From Coleofasciculus chthonoplastes F2-STO-03 (GTDB lineage Bacteria > Cyanobacteriota > Cyanobacteriia > Cyanobacteriales > Coleofasciculaceae), in the NCBI GenBank assembly GCA_040222015.1, contig JAVJWO010000178.1:80390-144389 (forward strand): 64,000 nucleotides of DNA, given 5' to 3'. The notes beneath the pieces were generated by a model. It was not told the origin of the DNA and did not search any database. It saw only the letters and a list, made by a program, of their open reading frames with translations. Of the stretch, positions 60,943-64,000 are shown piece by piece (the stretch's first letter is position 1; each line of letters starts with the position of its first letter). A program made the translations under genes and the position numbers.

Positions 60943-61923
60943 ATGACTGAAAAAAATAAGCCGTCTGAATCTCTCAGTAGCGGGAATGCTCAGAAGGGTA
61001 ATCAATCTTCACTTAGACTATCTACACTAACTCAGGCTCAACTCAAAACCTTAATCGTTCAGGCAAAGGTACAGTGTAAAGGGGGAGAATTACCAACCTA
61101 TATCCCCTTACTCGCCAAGGCAGATCCAAGCTGGATAGCGGTACAGGTACAGAGGATTCAAGGAGAGAAAATAGCGGTGGGCGATATTGGCTGTTCTTTT
61201 CCCTTGATGAGTGTGATTAAGCCATTTGTTCTGCTATTTTTGCTGGAGAAATTGGGAAGCGAGGCGGTATTTTATCGGGTAGGAAGGGAAGCCTCAGATC
61301 AGCCCTTTAATTCTTTAGCGCAATTACAAGCAGATCGGGGAAAACCGCGCAACCCGATGATTAATAGTGGCGCGATCGCACTCGCTGGGCGTTTACCGGG
61401 TAAGGATGGGGCGTCTCGTTGTGAAACCTTACGCCAGTGGCTGAATCAGCGATCGCACTCTCAGTTAGTTTTAGATGAAGCGATGTTACAGTCGGTGCGT
61501 TCTCTCCCCAATGAACGGAACCACGCGATCGCGAATCTATTAGCCGCCTCGGGTTATCTGGATCATCCAGAAATTGCCCTGGATACCTACAATCACGTCT
61601 GCTGTCTATCGGGAACGGTGAGGGATTTAGCTTCTCTAGGTATGCTGCTGGTGCAGGGTAGTAACATGATATCACCTCAACACCGTTGCACCGTTAACGA
61701 CATTCTGATTACTTGTGGATTGTATCAAGCCTCTAGTCGCTTTGCGGTAGAGGTGGGATTGCCAACTAAGTCTGGGGTGAGTGGAGCGATGTTGTCTATT
61801 GTACCGTCTCAGGGTGCGATCGCTTGTTATTCTCCGGCGTTAGATGAGATGGGTAATTCTCTAGCTGGGTTGTTTATTGTTCAGCAATTGGCGCAGGGTT
61901 TAGAGTTGAGTGGTTTGGGTTAA
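60943..61923 (+). CDS. glsA: Glutaminase
   Basis: YIPLLA, SVIK, NPMINSGAI, PTKSGVSG. Confidence 0.93.
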   Translation: MTEKNKPSESLSSGNAQKGNQSSLRLSTLTQAQLKTLIVQAKVQCKGGELPTYIPLLAKADPSWIAVQVQRIQGEKIAVGDIGCSFPLMSVIKPFVLLFLLEKLGSEAVFYRVGREASDQPFNSLAQLQADRGKPRNPMINSGAIALAGRLPGKDGASRCETLRQWLNQRSHSQLVLDEAMLQSVRSLPNERNHAIANLLAASGYLDHPEIALDTYNHVCCLSGTVRDLASLGMLLVQGSNMISPQHRCTVNDILITCGLYQASSRFAVEVGLPTKSGVSGAMLSIVPSQGAIACYSPALDEMGNSLAGLFIVQQLAQGLELSGLG

Positions 61924-62120
61924 TTTTCAGCATCGGAATTATATTTTTTTAACGCAGAGGTTCGCAGAGGTTCGCGCAGAGGTTCGCAGAGGGGTTGTAA
62001 TATCATGTCCGGTTGAATACCCATAATTATGGTGATGGGGAGTAGGGGTGATTTGCCTTTGGCTTTTAGCCTTGGGTTTTAACCTAAGGCGGGTTAATGG
62101 AACAGTGCAAAAAGTAATTA

Positions 62121-63266
62121 TTAATACAGTTCATATTTCAGAAAAGTGCAAGGAATGGAACCGTTATAGACCGGAATCCGCCGCGATGCTTTGAGTCCGA
62201 CTCGCTTGGCTAACTGCTTATTCCCGGTTAAAATAAATGCTGTCCAGCCTTTAAATCGTTGTTTGAAAATATCCCCTAGTAATTTATATAAATCTCCCAA
62301 TTCCTGGGCATTTCCCAATCGTTCTCCATAGGGAGGATTGCAGATAATTATCCCGCGATCGGCTGGCGGTTCTAGTTGGGAAAGGTCTTGTTGAATAAAG
62401 GTGATCTGATCTAAAATGCCACAGTGCAGGGCATTACTCCGAGCTTGGTTGAGGATATCCGCCGCGCGATCGCACCCGGTAATCGGTGCAGCTAATTCCT
62501 GGTGCTGACAGGCTTTCGCCTGGTTGAGCAGGTGTTGCCAAAGGGTGGGATCAAAGTCTAACCAACGTTCAAATGCAAACTGTTCTCGAAACAATCCAGG
62601 GGCAATAGTTAAGCTGATTAAACTGGCTTCTAAGGGTAATGTTCCGGAACCACACATTGGGTCTAATAATGGTAACGTTGGCTGCCATTCTGCTAATTCT
62701 AAGAGTGCGGCGGCTAAGGTTTCTTTCAGGGGAGCAAGTCCCATGGCGGGTCGATATCCGCGCCGATGTAGACTGGTTCCTGAACTATCTAAACTAAGAA
62801 TACAACGGTTTTGATGAATGTGAACATTGACGAATAGGTCAGGCTTTTCTATATTGACACTCGACCGTTTACCAAATTGGTTCCGTTGTTGATCAACGAT
62901 CGCGTTTTTTACTTGCAGGGCGGTAAAGTGGCTATGGTTAAGCTGTTTAGTCTTTCCGGTTGCATTTACGGCTAAGGTGTGCTGCGGTTTCAGGTATTGC
63001 GCCCAGGGGATGGTTTGGACTCCTTGATAAAGCTGTTTCGCATTTGCACAAGGAAATTCGGCTAAAACAACGAGTACCCGGAAAATCGTTCTCGCCCACA
63101 GATTCACCCGATACATTAACGCTGTATCCCCCTGAAAATGCACCCCCGTAAAATCAGGATGCACCTCCTGCGCCCCTAGGCGTTCAAGTTCTTGCGCCGC
63201 AATGGGTTCTAATCCACGGGCGACTGTGGCAAAGTAGTGGTTCACGTTTTGTGCAGGTGGGGACAA
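62121..63266 (-). CDS. THUMP-domain RNA methyltransferase (RlmL-like)
   Basis: SLHRRGYR, LKETLAA, DPMCGSGT, NPPYGER. Confidence 0.93.
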   Translation of the reverse strand: MSPPAQNVNHYFATVARGLEPIAAQELERLGAQEVHPDFTGVHFQGDTALMYRVNLWARTIFRVLVVLAEFPCANAKQLYQGVQTIPWAQYLKPQHTLAVNATGKTKQLNHSHFTALQVKNAIVDQQRNQFGKRSSVNIEKPDLFVNVHIHQNRCILSLDSSGTSLHRRGYRPAMGLAPLKETLAAALLELAEWQPTLPLLDPMCGSGTLPLEASLISLTIAPGLFREQFAFERWLDFDPTLWQHLLNQAKACQHQELAAPITGCDRAADILNQARSNALHCGILDQITFIQQDLSQLEPPADRGIIICNPPYGERLGNAQELGDLYKLLGDIFKQRFKGWTAFILTGNKQLAKRVGLKASRRIPVYNGSIPCTFLKYELY

Positions 63267-63589
63267 TAAAAGTTAAAGGCGGGGGTTGTCATTTGTCATT
63301 CGTCATTTGTCATTCGTCATTTGTCATTTGTCATAGAGTAGGGCTTGCTGCACAAAGTTCATACCAAGTTGCGTTCTATCATGTCATTGGAGAGCGAAGC
63401 GAAGAATCTGGACAGATGCGCGAGCTTCATTCCGTTTCACTGCATTCTGCTCAGCATGACAAATTCTACCTTAGACTGCAACTTGGTATCAAACCTTAAT
63501 AAATAAAGGTGATTAGATATACCGTAGGGTGGGCAATGCCCACCAGCATACCAGTCAGTGTCATTCTTACGAAATCCTTGTAGTGCGAG

Positions 63590-64000
63590 CATCTTGCTCG
63601 CTTAATACCATCTTGCTCGCTTAATACCGTCTTGCTCGCTTAATACCATCTTGCTCGCTTAATACCATCTTGCTCGCTTAATACCATCTTGCTCGCTTAA
63701 TACCATCTTGCTCGCTTAATACCATCTTGCTCGCTTAATACCATCTTGCTCGCTTAATATAGCAACCGCCATGGCTGTTAGGACACATCATTTATGTAGA
63801 GACGCGCCATGGCGCGTCTCTACAATGGTGCCGAACGTCCTAATCGATGTGTCTATTGCTATACCATCTTGCTCGCTTAATACCATCTTGCTCGCTTAAT
63901 ACCATCTTGCTCGCTTAATACCATCTTGCTCTCTTAATACAATCTTGCTCGCTTAAAACAATCTTTCTCTCTTAATAACATCTTACTCTCTTAATACCAA
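63590..64000. repeat. 19-bp tandem array (CATCTTGCTCGCTTAATAC), about 16 copies, interrupted by a MITE and running off the window
   Basis: Nine units from 63590, MITE at 63760-63861 inserted at a TA, then about 7 increasingly degenerate units. Confidence 0.95.

Noticed and set aside
63590..64000. Possible CRISPR array
   Set aside because: Head-to-tail 19-mers; the only interruption is a MITE found elsewhere in the window

Overview
Chromosomal window from a filamentous cyanobacterium. This is inferred from the abundant HIP1 octamer GCGATCGC, heptamer tandem repeats, dense GTAG-type REP/MITE repeats and nblB/Uma2/PEP-CTERM genes; it resembles Coleofasciculus/Oscillatoriales but that is not proven. 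Housekeeping genes (ABC-2 transporter, bcp, cobQ, hisIE, ggt, ruvB, hisF, tRNA-Ala(GGC), nblB, gloA, tenA, cyclophilin, glsA, THUMP methyltransferase) are interspersed with accessory loci. (1) An IsrB-like OMEGA element (omegaRNA plus PLMP/RuvC protein without HNH) whose right end abuts ATGA, the start codon of the next gene. (2) Two stand-alone TnpB elements, one with a rearranged RuvC and one carrying three nested 24-nt mini-repeats in frame. (3) An McrBC-like pair with TPR repeats inside McrB. (4) A NACHT-HEAT protein with hypervariable codons in near-identical repeats. (5) A 1529-aa SF1 helicase with putative RelE-like N-terminal domains. (6) A toxin-antitoxin cluster, including a HigA-ImmA protein with a VapB-like tail, inside a gutted type I R-M locus. 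(7) A ZIP transporter with an inserted cNMP-binding domain. No CRISPR array, rRNA, integrase or reverse transcriptase was seen. All family assignments come from motifs read by eye; no database searches were run.
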